Below the pieces are notes generated by a model. The model was not told the origin of the DNA. It saw only the letters and a program-made list of their open reading frames with translations, and made no database searches. Below are positions 15,583-25,113 of a stretch of 32,355 nucleotides of DNA, in pieces (the first letter of the stretch is position 1; the number at the start of each line of letters is the position of its first letter). The stretch is from Bacteroidota bacterium (GTDB lineage: Bacteria > Bacteroidota > Bacteroidia > Bacteroidales > VadinHA17). Location of the stretch: the NCBI GenBank assembly GCA_030593185.1, contig JAUVHQ010000001.1:1-32355 (forward strand), given 5' to 3'. The position numbers and the translations under genes are program-made.

Positions 15583-17238
15583 TTATTTGATTACCTCCTG
15601 TATTGGATCGGCAGTACTCGCATTTGGATAAGGAATATTAAGCATATAGGATAATGTAGGCGCTATTTCGATAATATCCACCCTGTGGTGAATTACATTT
15701 CGAAGGACTTTCCACCCATACCAAATAAGCGGAACATGAACATCATATGACCAGGCAGAGTTATGTTCAGCAACATTCCCATTCTCTTCAATCCATCCGG
15801 GTTTCAGATTGATAATCACATCTCCCGACCTTGCCTGATTAAAGCTATTCCTGATCTTTTCATTAATTCCCCCCGTGAACTGTGTTGTTTGCAAAGTTGA
15901 AGATGTAACCGTATTAGCAACACCCGAAAACTGGATAATAAAACCGGCTACCCTGATTTGAAAATCCTCAAGTGATAACCGTGAATCTTCAATTAAGTTG
16001 CGATTCAGGAAGATTTGTTGTCCATGATAACCAAGTACCCAGTCACCTTCTCCATAGGTGACATTTAAATAACTTTTCAAAAGTGAAATAGCCTTTAATG
16101 AAGCAAATTTGCCTGTAGTAAGACCTTTACTTTCTAATAACTGCGGGGAAGCAGATATCCCATGTGCAGCAGTAAGATAAACCAGGATGTTCTCCTTTCC
16201 AAAGGTATCTTCAAGGAAATCAAGTAAATGTGCAAGGTCCCTGTCCAATACAAGGAAAGCATCCTCCATTTCTACAGAATTTGGCCCAAAAGAATGTCCA
16301 ATAAAATCCAATACCGAAAAACTTATAGCAATCATATCAGTAATATCATCCTCCCCGAGTTCTTCCTCCAGAATTGCTGTAATAGCAAAATCTTTAACGT
16401 ATGTATCACCAAAAGGGGTATATCTCATAACAGAATAATCTCTTTTATTCCTGTTTATCCTGCTAAGTATATCCAGATCGTAAGGAAAGTTATTCTGATT
16501 TTTTATTCCTTTCTCATATCGACTTGTATCCGGCTGACTTTCAGTATATTCACCTATTGGAAAAAGAGGTTTCCATATCCGTTCAAGATAAATATCAGGC
16601 AAAGCTTTATTATTGAATTCATTAACCCAACCAGGCAGAGAGTCTATATAGAAACTGCTGGTCATCCATGTACCGGTCTTATCATCATACCAATAGGCAC
16701 AATCAGCCATGTGTCCTGTTGATAAAATAGCAGCATGAGGATCCATACCAACACCAATTATTTTGGAACGGGAGTTATTAAATATTTTAAGTTCATCGGA
16801 AAAGGTAGAAGGCAACAAGTTAGCAGGCGAATTTTGTCCGGTTTCAAAACTACCACCAACAGGCAGCATACGCATATCAGAAGTGGCATAAATTTTTTTA
16901 TTCAGCAACCTGTTAAACCAGTTGTCAGAAACAATACCATGTTCAGATGGATATGAACCGGTGGAGATAGTTGAATGTCCCGGAGCCGATTGTGTGAACA
17001 GATAATTGTAACGGGCATTCCTGCAAAAAGAACCTCCGTTAATCAACCTTTTGAATCCTTTGTCACTTAGTTTATCCCAGTACCTCGGCAGGTATTCATA
17101 TCGCATTTGTTCAATCACAATTCCAACTATTAGCTTTGGCTTCCCGGAAGGAATCTTCGGTCCTGACTGAGCTGAAATATTAAATAAGGATGCAAAAAAT
17201 ATAAAAACAAGATAAAAAAGATTCCCGGCTTTAAGCAT
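15583..17238 (-). CDS. alkaline-phosphatase-superfamily phosphodiesterase (ENPP / type I phosphodiesterase-nucleotide pyrophosphatase-like), secreted
   Basis: I trimmed the start to the internal Met at 17238 (MLKAGNLFYLVFIFFASLFNISAQS, a signal peptide). The longer ORF to 17334 would overlap the upstream gene. APGHSTISTGSYPSEHGIVSDNW is the ENPP-type nucleophile and metal-site motif, and FIGHSFGP and LTAAHG are further metal-ligand contexts. Confidence 0.75.
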   Translation of the reverse strand: MLKAGNLFYLVFIFFASLFNISAQSGPKIPSGKPKLIVGIVIEQMRYEYLPRYWDKLSDKGFKRLINGGSFCRNARYNYLFTQSAPGHSTISTGSYPSEHGIVSDNWFNRLLNKKIYATSDMRMLPVGGSFETGQNSPANLLPSTFSDELKIFNNSRSKIIGVGMDPHAAILSTGHMADCAYWYDDKTGTWMTSSFYIDSLPGWVNEFNNKALPDIYLERIWKPLFPIGEYTESQPDTSRYEKGIKNQNNFPYDLDILSRINRNKRDYSVMRYTPFGDTYVKDFAITAILEEELGEDDITDMIAISFSVLDFIGHSFGPNSVEMEDAFLVLDRDLAHLLDFLEDTFGKENILVYLTAAHGISASPQLLESKGLTTGKFASLKAISLLKSYLNVTYGEGDWVLGYHGQQIFLNRNLIEDSRLSLEDFQIRVAGFIIQFSGVANTVTSSTLQTTQFTGGINEKIRNSFNQARSGDVIINLKPGWIEENGNVAEHNSAWSYDVHVPLIWYGWKVLRNVIHHRVDIIEIAPTLSYMLNIPYPNASTADPIQEVIK

Positions 17239-17260
17239 TGTTTGTGATTTAAGATTTTTT

Positions 17261-19018
17261 CTATTCTGATTTAATAAACTTTTTAACCCATACATTGTTG
17301 TTATTTCTGAGGCGAATGAAATAAATACCTCCACTTAGTTCATTTACATCAGTTTTAACAACTATTCCTTCATAAAGAACGCTAATATTGTTTATGTAAC
17401 GTATAATTTTCCCATTAATGCTGATTATTTCAACTGCAAATAATCCGGGCATTCCCGGTTTTATTTCGATATTCAGGATCCCTTGTACAGGATCAGGATA
17501 AAGCTTCAGTACCTGATGTTTATCAATCCATTTTTTAGTAATACCGTAACCCACAGGTACTAATTTGATCTGCAAGTGATTACTCTGATAATTTATTATG
17601 TCGATGCTGTCAAGTTTCTTTTCCTCATACCCGTCAGATGTGATCATTAAATTATATTTCCCTTCATTAAGCAACCTGATAAATTCTCCTGTAATCGAAT
17701 CGGAGTATACATGTGAGCTGTCCTGATCATGTTCCTCAATCCATATCTTAGCAAGTAATGGTTGCCCTGTAACAGAATCGGTAACTTCACCGTGTATTCC
17801 ATACAAAGCCTGGGAGATATAATTTAGAAACGACCGGTAGTTATAATTCCAAAGATCATCCAGTTCATTTTCAGGAGTTATATACGAATTATCCAGTTCG
17901 ATTGTTACTTCCCTGCCCTGAATGAAATAGGTTACCCAATCCTGTCTGCCACCGTTGATCATATACCAGTTACCGCCTAATATAAATCCACTGGAGGCAG
18001 GGTTAGTAAAATAGCCGGCCGGACTGAAAAATTGGGCAGTATCTGCATATTCCTTGCTAATAAGCTGAAACCAGTTATCATCGGGATGGGGAGAATGAAA
18101 GGTTGGTTCTTCCTCATCATAAGTTTGCCAGGTATCCCAGGGATAATTCACTACTTCAGCTCCCGAGTGGAAATTTGCCGAGATTACAAAATGGTGCTTT
18201 GACATAAACTCCATCATTGAAGTTGTTTCCGGCTGGTATTCAAGTCCATCCGGATGTGGACCATCTTCCGGATCGGGATAGTTCCGGTTCAGGTCTGCTG
18301 AATTTGCATTCCGGCGGGTAGCACCGGAAATTGTATGGTTACCACCGGCATATGTACCATCAGGATTTGCCAGGGGATTGATCCATATTTGAAGACTGTC
18401 AATAAGGGATGTAACCCGTGTTTGGCTGGAATAATTTTCAAGCAGATAATCTATCAATCTGAGCATCAGGATATATCCTCCTGTTTCGTCGCCGTGCATT
18501 GTTGATGTAAGTAATACTTCAGGTTCATTTTCGGGTTCGGTAACATTATCTGATATTTTCACACCTAACAAAAGTCTGTCCTCGACGCTATATCCGATTG
18601 TATCGATTTTGCAGATATCGGGGTATTTTATAACAAAATCGTGCATTATCGAATCATACTCTTCATAAGTGGGATAGGTTTGCCAATCCTCAACAATACC
18701 TTTATAATCCCCCGGTTTGTAGTAATATGCAGCAGGCTGAATTACGACATATTCTTTCCCGAGCGCAAGGAATTTGATAAACTCATCCGCATTGGCATTA
18801 CATGTGATTACATTGCCATCAACATTAACAACAGAGAGTATCTCAGATAATTTGTTAATTAATTGCAGATCATGGCTGATTATTTTCAAATCAACCTCTC
18901 CCCTTTCTTCGAGGTATTTTGCAGCTTCTGAAGCTTGATTGTCCTGTTGTCCATAAACCGGATGCATGATAAACAAAACAATTAGAAGTTCAAAAATATA
19001 TTTTATGATACTTTTCAT
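17261..19018 (-). CDS. M14-family zinc carboxypeptidase with transthyretin-like domain and T9SS C-terminal sorting domain
   Basis: I trimmed the start to the Met at 19018 (MKSIIKYIFELLIVLFIMHPVYGQQ). M14 motifs are STMHGDETGG (HxxE), INPLANPDG, ADLNRNYP and NFHSGAEVVNYPWD. A CP-regulatory-like beta domain follows (GIHGEVTDSVTGQPL). The C-terminus (LKLYPDPVQGILNIE...GGIYFIRL...KKFIK) looks like a Por/T9SS CTD. Confidence 0.8.
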   Translation of the reverse strand: MKSIIKYIFELLIVLFIMHPVYGQQDNQASEAAKYLEERGEVDLKIISHDLQLINKLSEILSVVNVDGNVITCNANADEFIKFLALGKEYVVIQPAAYYYKPGDYKGIVEDWQTYPTYEEYDSIMHDFVIKYPDICKIDTIGYSVEDRLLLGVKISDNVTEPENEPEVLLTSTMHGDETGGYILMLRLIDYLLENYSSQTRVTSLIDSLQIWINPLANPDGTYAGGNHTISGATRRNANSADLNRNYPDPEDGPHPDGLEYQPETTSMMEFMSKHHFVISANFHSGAEVVNYPWDTWQTYDEEEPTFHSPHPDDNWFQLISKEYADTAQFFSPAGYFTNPASSGFILGGNWYMINGGRQDWVTYFIQGREVTIELDNSYITPENELDDLWNYNYRSFLNYISQALYGIHGEVTDSVTGQPLLAKIWIEEHDQDSSHVYSDSITGEFIRLLNEGKYNLMITSDGYEEKKLDSIDIINYQSNHLQIKLVPVGYGITKKWIDKHQVLKLYPDPVQGILNIEIKPGMPGLFAVEIISINGKIIRYINNISVLYEGIVVKTDVNELSGGIYFIRLRNNNNVWVKKFIKSE

Positions 19019-19022
19019 AGCC

Positions 19023-20120
19023 TCAGACATTAAATCGAATATGTAAAATATCACCATCTTCAACACTATAGTTTTTACCTTCAACATATAATTTCCCTGC
19101 TTCACGGCATTTATGTTCAGAACCCAGTGATACAAAATCGTCATATTTCATCACCTCAGCCCGTATAAATCCCCTTTCCATGTCGCTATGGACAATACCA
19201 GCAGCTTTCCTTGCATTAGCGCCCTCTTTAATAGTCCAGGCTCTTATTTCCTTAGGTCCCATCGTAAAAAAAGTTCTTAATTTAAGCAGTTTATATGCTG
19301 CCCTAATGAATTTATTCACACCGGGTTCAGAAAGGCCAACATCTTTTAGAAAATCATTCCTGTCATCTTCATCCTCCAATTCTGCAATCTCAGCTTCCAG
19401 GCCCGCAGCAATAACAAGTATTTCCGTTTCTTCGTTTTTCAGCGCTTCCTTCACCTTATCCACATACCAGTTTCCCGACACTGCTGATTTTTCATCCACA
19501 TTACATACATACATTACTGGTTTTGCCGTTAGCAGAAACAAATCTTCAGCATATTTACTCTCTTCATCACTCAATTTCAATGTCCTTGTCGGCTGAAAGT
19601 TCTCCAGATGATTTTTAATTACGCGCAGAACTTCCGCGTTCTTTCCAGCATCTTTTTCACCTGATTTTGCCATTTTCTCAATTTTTTCCAGCTTCTTTTC
19701 GACAGATTCAATATCCTTTATCTGGAGTTCGAGTTCTATGGTTTCAAGGTCTCTGACCGGATCAACGGATCCTTCGATATGAGGCAGATTCTCATCATCG
19801 AAACATCTGATCAGATGGATCAGTGCATCGGCATTGCGAATATCATTCAGGAATTTGTTCCCAACACCTTCACCCCTACTTGAGCCCTTTGCAAGACCAG
19901 GTATATCTACAATCTCTACTGTGGTTGGAACAACTTTTTTCGTTGAATGCAACTTTTCAAGTTCCTGAAGTCTTTGGTCCGGCACTTTAATAATTCCAAT
20001 ATTTGACTTCGTTGCACTGAATGCAAAATTTGTTATTTCGCCTTTAACAGGTGAAATACAATTAAATAAGGTTGTTTTTCCCGTATTTGTAATCCCGATT
20101 ATTCCACAGTTCAATGCCAT
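19023..20120 (-). CDS. ychF: redox-regulated ribosome-associated ATPase YchF
   Basis: The 365-aa product has a P-loop (GIIGITNTGKTTLFN), DIPGLAKGSS, a coiled-coil insertion and a C-terminal TGS-like domain (FFTMGPKEIRAWTI..G..A..AAG.IHSD..RGFIRAEV). Confidence 0.95.
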   Translation of the reverse strand: MALNCGIIGITNTGKTTLFNCISPVKGEITNFAFSATKSNIGIIKVPDQRLQELEKLHSTKKVVPTTVEIVDIPGLAKGSSRGEGVGNKFLNDIRNADALIHLIRCFDDENLPHIEGSVDPVRDLETIELELQIKDIESVEKKLEKIEKMAKSGEKDAGKNAEVLRVIKNHLENFQPTRTLKLSDEESKYAEDLFLLTAKPVMYVCNVDEKSAVSGNWYVDKVKEALKNEETEILVIAAGLEAEIAELEDEDDRNDFLKDVGLSEPGVNKFIRAAYKLLKLRTFFTMGPKEIRAWTIKEGANARKAAGIVHSDMERGFIRAEVMKYDDFVSLGSEHKCREAGKLYVEGKNYSVEDGDILHIRFNV

Positions 20121-20274
20121 ATTTCTTTCCTTTATTCAGCCATAAAATTACATTTTAAACTGTTACAAAAAAAAACGCATTCCAAATGATAAAAGATGTT
20201 TTCAGATTTTGTTTTAGCTCCAGTCACATTTTGCAAACTACAAATATACATGTTCATATCAATTTTTACTGATT

Positions 20275-20309
20275 TTTGAATTGATTTACACGGCTTTGTT
20301 CTATATTTG
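20275..20309 (+). promoter_or_regulatory. candidate Bacteroidota promoter (TTTG -N23- TATATTTG)
   Basis: TATATTTG at 20302-20309 lies 23 nt upstream of the ATG at 20333. A TTTG at 20275-20278 is a possible -33 element. Confidence 0.35.
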
Positions 20310-20332
20310 AGAAAGGATTAATTTCAGTATTT

Positions 20333-21709
20333 ATGATTAAAAGCACATTATTTGCCCTGGTTTTCTCAACCCTTATAATCTTTCAGTTACAATCACAAAC
20401 TCAAGTCAACAGGGAACCTTTAACCCGTATATTATTTATACTTGATTGTTCACAAAGCATGGCCGGTTTGTGGCAAAATGAAAAAAAGATCACGGTCGCA
20501 CGGGAATTCCTTTATCAAACTATTGATAGTCTTGAGAAAGTTCCCAATGTTGAAATGGCATTAAGATTGTATGGACATCAAAGTGTGGTTCCTCCTCAGG
20601 ACTGCGGTGATACAAAGCTTGAAGTTCCTTTCGCGCCCAAAAACGGAAGAAATATTAAACATCGCATGAGATATCTCATCCCCAAAGGGACTACACCCAT
20701 TGCCTATTCTCTCGAGCAAGCAGGTAATGATTTTCCGAAATGTGATAATTGCAGGAATATAATTATCTTAATTACCGATGGTATTGAAGCATGTGATGGT
20801 GATCCTTGTGAAATTTCAAAACGGCTGCAAAAAGAAGGAATATTTCTTGAACCCTTTGTAATTGGGATAGGAATTGACCCGCAATTTGAAAAATCCCTGA
20901 ATTGTGTTGGCACCTATTTTGATACCCAAAAGGAGACCAACTTCAAGGATGCTCTTGATTTGATAATCTCAAAGACACTTAACAAAACTACAGCACAGGT
21001 AAACCTGATTGATTCTTTTGGGTATCCCAGTGAAACAAATATAAACATGACCTTTTATGATCTTAATTCAGGAAGGATCATGTACAACTTTATTCATGCT
21101 ATTAACCACCGGGGAAATCCCGATACATTGTATCTTGACCCAATGATAAGATACAAAATGGTTGTTCATACAATACCCCCTGTAACACTTGATTCAATAC
21201 ATTTAAATCGCGGCAAACATAACATAATTGCTATTGATGCTCCACAGGGAGATTTTATTATTAAACCTCCAGGTGGCAACCAATTCAGAAATTTGGAATT
21301 TTTTGTCAGGAAAGCCGGTCAAAAATCCACTTTAAACATTCAAAAAGTAAATAACTCTGAAAAATATTTAATTGGAAAGTATGACATAGAAATACCAACT
21401 CTCCCACGGCTTCTTATTAACGATGTAGTTATTTCTCAGAGCGAAACCACTACCATTCAAATTCCTCGTCCCGGTATTATTACTATTAGTTTTGGTGCAG
21501 AAGGATATTGCGGTCTGTTTTTGGAAAAGAAAAATAACCTTGAGTGGATCTATAATATAGATACCAAAAACAAAGTAACTAATCTTGTTTTATTACCGGG
21601 TAATTACCGTGTAATCTTTAAACCCAGGAATGCAAAAAGTGTTTATTATACTATTGAAAAATCATTTGAAATTGAGCCGGGTAAATCCGGTACTCTCAGG
21701 ATATTGTAA
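20333..21709 (+). CDS. secreted von Willebrand factor type A domain protein with beta-rich C-terminal region
   Basis: The 458-aa product has a signal peptide. The MIDAS context is ILFILDCSQSMAG (DxSxS) ... GTTPIAYSL ... IILITDGIEACDG. The C-terminal roughly 230 aa are of unknown fold. Confidence 0.75.
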   Translation: MIKSTLFALVFSTLIIFQLQSQTQVNREPLTRILFILDCSQSMAGLWQNEKKITVAREFLYQTIDSLEKVPNVEMALRLYGHQSVVPPQDCGDTKLEVPFAPKNGRNIKHRMRYLIPKGTTPIAYSLEQAGNDFPKCDNCRNIIILITDGIEACDGDPCEISKRLQKEGIFLEPFVIGIGIDPQFEKSLNCVGTYFDTQKETNFKDALDLIISKTLNKTTAQVNLIDSFGYPSETNINMTFYDLNSGRIMYNFIHAINHRGNPDTLYLDPMIRYKMVVHTIPPVTLDSIHLNRGKHNIIAIDAPQGDFIIKPPGGNQFRNLEFFVRKAGQKSTLNIQKVNNSEKYLIGKYDIEIPTLPRLLINDVVISQSETTTIQIPRPGIITISFGAEGYCGLFLEKKNNLEWIYNIDTKNKVTNLVLLPGNYRVIFKPRNAKSVYYTIEKSFEIEPGKSGTLRIL

Positions 21710-21778
21710 CCCGGGAAAATGCTAAAGCTGATAAGATATTGATCATAAAGCATTATTATTCAGAAAGATCTCAGTGTA

Positions 21779-22330
21779 GTGAAAAATAGCTATGGCGACA
21801 AAGAACTTTTGCATTTATTCAATGCCGGAGAAAATCCTGATTATGCTTTCGGCTTGATTGTGAAAAAGTACCAGGAAAAATTATACTGGCATATTCGTAA
21901 GATCGTCATTACCCATGAGGATGCTAATGATGTAATACAGGAAACCTTTATTAAAGTATGGAATAATTTAGGAAAATTCAGGGGCGACTCGAAGCTATTT
22001 ACATGGCTATTCAGGATAGCAACAAATGAAGCTCTCAGTCACCTGAAATATTCGAGAAAAAAAACACGGATCCATTTTATCGATTTAGAGAATAAGCTGC
22101 AAAACACGCTTGAAGGGGACATTTATTTCGATGGTGATGAAACCCAGCTAAAGTTTCAAAAAGCTATATTAAAACTCCCTGAAAAGCAACGGCTTGTTTT
22201 TAATATGAAATATTTTGATGAAATGAAGTATGATGAAATTGCTGAGATACTTGGCACTTCAGTTGGAGCCCTGAAGGCTTCTTATCATCATGCGGTAAAA
22301 AAGATCAAAGAAATTTTAATTAATGATTAA
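21779..22330 (+). CDS. ECF-subfamily RNA polymerase sigma-70 factor
   Basis: The 183-aa product has a GTG start. Region 2 reads DANDVIQETFIKVWNNLGKFRGDSKLFTWLFRIATNEAL, and region 4 reads LPEKQRLVFNMKYFDEMKYDEIAEILGTSVGALKASYHHAVKKI. Confidence 0.9.
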   Translation: MKNSYGDKELLHLFNAGENPDYAFGLIVKKYQEKLYWHIRKIVITHEDANDVIQETFIKVWNNLGKFRGDSKLFTWLFRIATNEALSHLKYSRKKTRIHFIDLENKLQNTLEGDIYFDGDETQLKFQKAILKLPEKQRLVFNMKYFDEMKYDEIAEILGTSVGALKASYHHAVKKIKEILIND

Positions 22331-22379
22331 ACCTTCTTAACTTTCTATTGTCAAACAATTGCAGGAAGGATCAATAAAT

Positions 22380-22826
22380 ATGAAAAAACAATCTGAACAA
22401 GAGTTTTCCGGGTTGAAGAAGGAAAATCCTTTCAGGGTACCGGATAATTATTTCGACAATCTACCGGAAAAGATAAAAGCTAACATTCATGCACGTGAAA
22501 AAGCAGTCATTAAGCCTGTAACCAGTATTATTGACTATATAAAGCCACACCTGGCACTTGCTGCTGCTATTCTTGGCTTTGCCCTGATAGGATATACCGG
22601 GTTCAGATACTTTATCAACAGGAATTCAGATTCGCAAATCAGCAACCAGGAAATTGCCGAGTATATGGATTTCTACTCGAACGATGTTGACAATACACTG
22701 ATAATAGAGCTGCTTGAAGAACAAGAACAACAACCTGTTAAAACAGATGATGATTTGAGTGAAGAGATAATTGATTATCTACTTAATGAAAACATTGATA
22801 TTTATATAATTGCAAATCATTTATAA
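22380..22826 (+). CDS. single-pass membrane protein, possible anti-sigma factor
   Basis: I start it at the ATG at 22380 (MKKQSEQE...). It has one TM helix (LALAAAILGFALIGYTGFRYFI) and an acidic C-terminal tail. The call rests only on its position immediately after the ECF sigma, and I recognise no zinc-finger anti-sigma motif. Confidence 0.45.
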   Translation: MKKQSEQEFSGLKKENPFRVPDNYFDNLPEKIKANIHAREKAVIKPVTSIIDYIKPHLALAAAILGFALIGYTGFRYFINRNSDSQISNQEIAEYMDFYSNDVDNTLIIELLEEQEQQPVKTDDDLSEEIIDYLLNENIDIYIIANHL

Positions 22827-22837
22827 AACATTTACAG

Positions 22838-23308
22838 ATGAAAGATTTAAAGAATTGGCTGTTTTATTGCCTTATTTTATTTTTCCTGGGACCACGGACA
22901 GTTTCATCACAGAATTATGAAAAAATTCAGGAACTCCAGGTGCAAAAGATTGGCTTTTTTACTAAGAAACTACAATTGACAACTAAGGAAGCCCAGGAAT
23001 TCTGGCCTGTTTATAATGATTACCAGGCACGTAAAAATAAAATCATTCAGAACAGAAGAAGTACAACCCGTTATTACATACAGAATCTCAATAATTTATC
23101 TGAGAAGGAAATTGAAGAGATGACCGGAAAGTTCATTCGTCTTATAAAAGAGGAATCTGACCTTTTACTAACATACCATGAGAAATTCAAAGAGGTTCTG
23201 CCCATAAAAAAAGTAATGCAGATTTATATTGCTGAAGAACAATATAAAATTTTTCTTCTCCGTCAACTCAGGAACAGGCGTATTAGCCAAAACCAACAAA
23301 AATTTTAG
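22838..23308 (+). CDS. periplasmic helical protein, Spy/CpxP-LTxxQ-like
   Basis: The 156-aa product has a signal peptide. LQLTTKEAQEFWPVYNDYQ resembles the LTxxQ-type repeat of periplasmic stress proteins that commonly follow ECF sigma/anti-sigma pairs in Bacteroidota. This is a weak motif-level call. Confidence 0.45.
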   Translation: MKDLKNWLFYCLILFFLGPRTVSSQNYEKIQELQVQKIGFFTKKLQLTTKEAQEFWPVYNDYQARKNKIIQNRRSTTRYYIQNLNNLSEKEIEEMTGKFIRLIKEESDLLLTYHEKFKEVLPIKKVMQIYIAEEQYKIFLLRQLRNRRISQNQQKF

Positions 23309-23400
23309 AGCACCACAAGCCAGGTTACAAGTTTTTCCGCCTGCATTACAAGGATGACAAGTCCTGTTGGAAACAGGTAAAATTCACAGAATTTTCCGGG

Positions 23401-24924
23401 TTAATCCAGATTCCCAACAACTTTTTCTACTTCATGAAGAATTTCACACGACTTAACAAGCTCTTTCATCCTTGTATGGTCATGGTATAAAGGTCTGTCA
23501 ATATCAAGAAAATCAACATATTTTCTAATTATTTCCTTTGCTTTTTTTACTCCTTTACCAAATTCATATTCTCTAAAATCCAGAGCTTGTGCAGCAGCCA
23601 TCAACTCGATACCTAATATTCCATACGCGTTATCAAGTATTTGTGAGTTTTTAATTGCGGTATTCATTCCCATTGAAACAAAATCTTCCTGGTCGGCAGC
23701 TGCAGGAATAGACTGTATGGATGCAGGTGCTGATAATATTTTTTGTTCTACTATTTGCATATCAGCGGTATACTGACTTAGCATCAATCCGGAAAACATT
23801 CCTGCCCCTTTTGTAAGGAAAGCCGGCAATCCAACGCTAAGAGCGGGGTTATTCAATCTGTTCATTCTTCTCTCAGACATCACACTAACCATGGTAATTG
23901 CCACCCCGGCCATATCCATAGGTAAAGATACAGGAGTGCCCTGAAAGTTGGCTCCGGTAAGTTGCATATTTTCTTCCGGGAAAAACACAGGGTTATCGCC
24001 CACTCCATTCAACTCAATTTCAACTTGTGAACGGGCATATGCCAGGGCATCATGAGCAGAGCCGATTACCTGAGGAGTTGATCTCATAGAATAAGCATCC
24101 TGTACTTTACATTTTATAATTCCATTAATCAGGTCACCATCTTCAATGAGTTTCTGAATTGCTTTGGCACTTCGGACAGCACCTTTAAAACCCCTTGCTT
24201 CGTGCAATTTTGGAGTATATGGTTTCATATTAGCTTTAAGAGCCTCAAGCGACATTGCAGCTGCTATCTCAGCCTGTTTAAGCCAGTTATTAGCGTCATA
24301 AATAAACAAAGCACTCATTGCAGTCAATAAGTTCGACCCATTAATGGTAGCTAAACCATCTCTTGCTTCCAATCCGGGTATTGCAATTCCTGCCTTATCC
24401 ATGGCTTTTTTCCCTTCCATCAACTCACCCTTATAATATGCTTCTCCTTCACCAAGTAATATCAAGGCAATTTGTGACATCGGGGCCAGATCACCAGATG
24501 CCCCAACCGAACCTTTTTGACAAACATAAGGGGTAACACCTTTATTAAGCATTTCAACCAAAGTTTCAGTAATCTCGGGCCGGCAACCGGATCTACCATT
24601 AGCATGAACATTTATTCTACCAAGCATTGCTCCCCTAACATATTCTACTGGAGCCGGATCTCCTATTCCGGCAGCATGATTATATATCAGATATTTCTGA
24701 AACTGCTTAATCTGGCTATCATCAAGAACAACTTCTGAAAACTCTCCTATACCGGTATTTACTCCATACATAATTTCATGTGCCTGAATTTTCTTTTCAA
24801 GCATAGCCCGGCAAATCTTAATCTTTTCTTTTGCATCCGGATGCAATTCAACTTTCTCATTATTGCGTGCAACTCTAACAAGTTTTTCTATTGTCAGGTT
24901 TTTTCCTGTTATAACTATTGACAT
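23401..24924 (-). CDS. hutH: aromatic amino acid ammonia-lyase family protein, most likely histidine ammonia-lyase
   Basis: The 507-aa product has the MIO-forming triad in GSVGASGDLAPMS, plus YGVNTGIGEF and NHAAGIG. The His aligns at the position of the HAL 'SH' selectivity pair, and here the pair is NH. Confidence 0.75.
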   Translation of the reverse strand: MSIVITGKNLTIEKLVRVARNNEKVELHPDAKEKIKICRAMLEKKIQAHEIMYGVNTGIGEFSEVVLDDSQIKQFQKYLIYNHAAGIGDPAPVEYVRGAMLGRINVHANGRSGCRPEITETLVEMLNKGVTPYVCQKGSVGASGDLAPMSQIALILLGEGEAYYKGELMEGKKAMDKAGIAIPGLEARDGLATINGSNLLTAMSALFIYDANNWLKQAEIAAAMSLEALKANMKPYTPKLHEARGFKGAVRSAKAIQKLIEDGDLINGIIKCKVQDAYSMRSTPQVIGSAHDALAYARSQVEIELNGVGDNPVFFPEENMQLTGANFQGTPVSLPMDMAGVAITMVSVMSERRMNRLNNPALSVGLPAFLTKGAGMFSGLMLSQYTADMQIVEQKILSAPASIQSIPAAADQEDFVSMGMNTAIKNSQILDNAYGILGIELMAAAQALDFREYEFGKGVKKAKEIIRKYVDFLDIDRPLYHDHTRMKELVKSCEILHEVEKVVGNLD

Positions 24925-25113
24925 ACTTAAATTTTTAAATATAAATTACCGGATAAAAGTAGCGATTAATTAAATATTGCATTCAATATAATATCTGTTG
25001 GAAAGCATACTCATTATCAGAATCATCCAACAGACATAAAGCAAGCTTTACCAGTGAAGTAAAGTCTTTGTAAAAATTGTGAAATTTCTCGTTTCAGGAT
25101 TGTTGCAGAACAG

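Noticed and set aside
15348-15590. 80-aa ORF.
   Set aside because: It spans half of repeat copy B and the polypyrimidine word tract. The product is Phe/Ser/Leu/Pro low-complexity.
17239-17334. N-terminal extensions of three track ORFs (15583-17334, 17261-19144, 27976-28713).
   Set aside because: In each case an internal Met is immediately followed by a canonical signal peptide or anchor. The extension would overlap the upstream gene or a spacer hairpin, so I trimmed the starts to 17238, 19018 and 28662.
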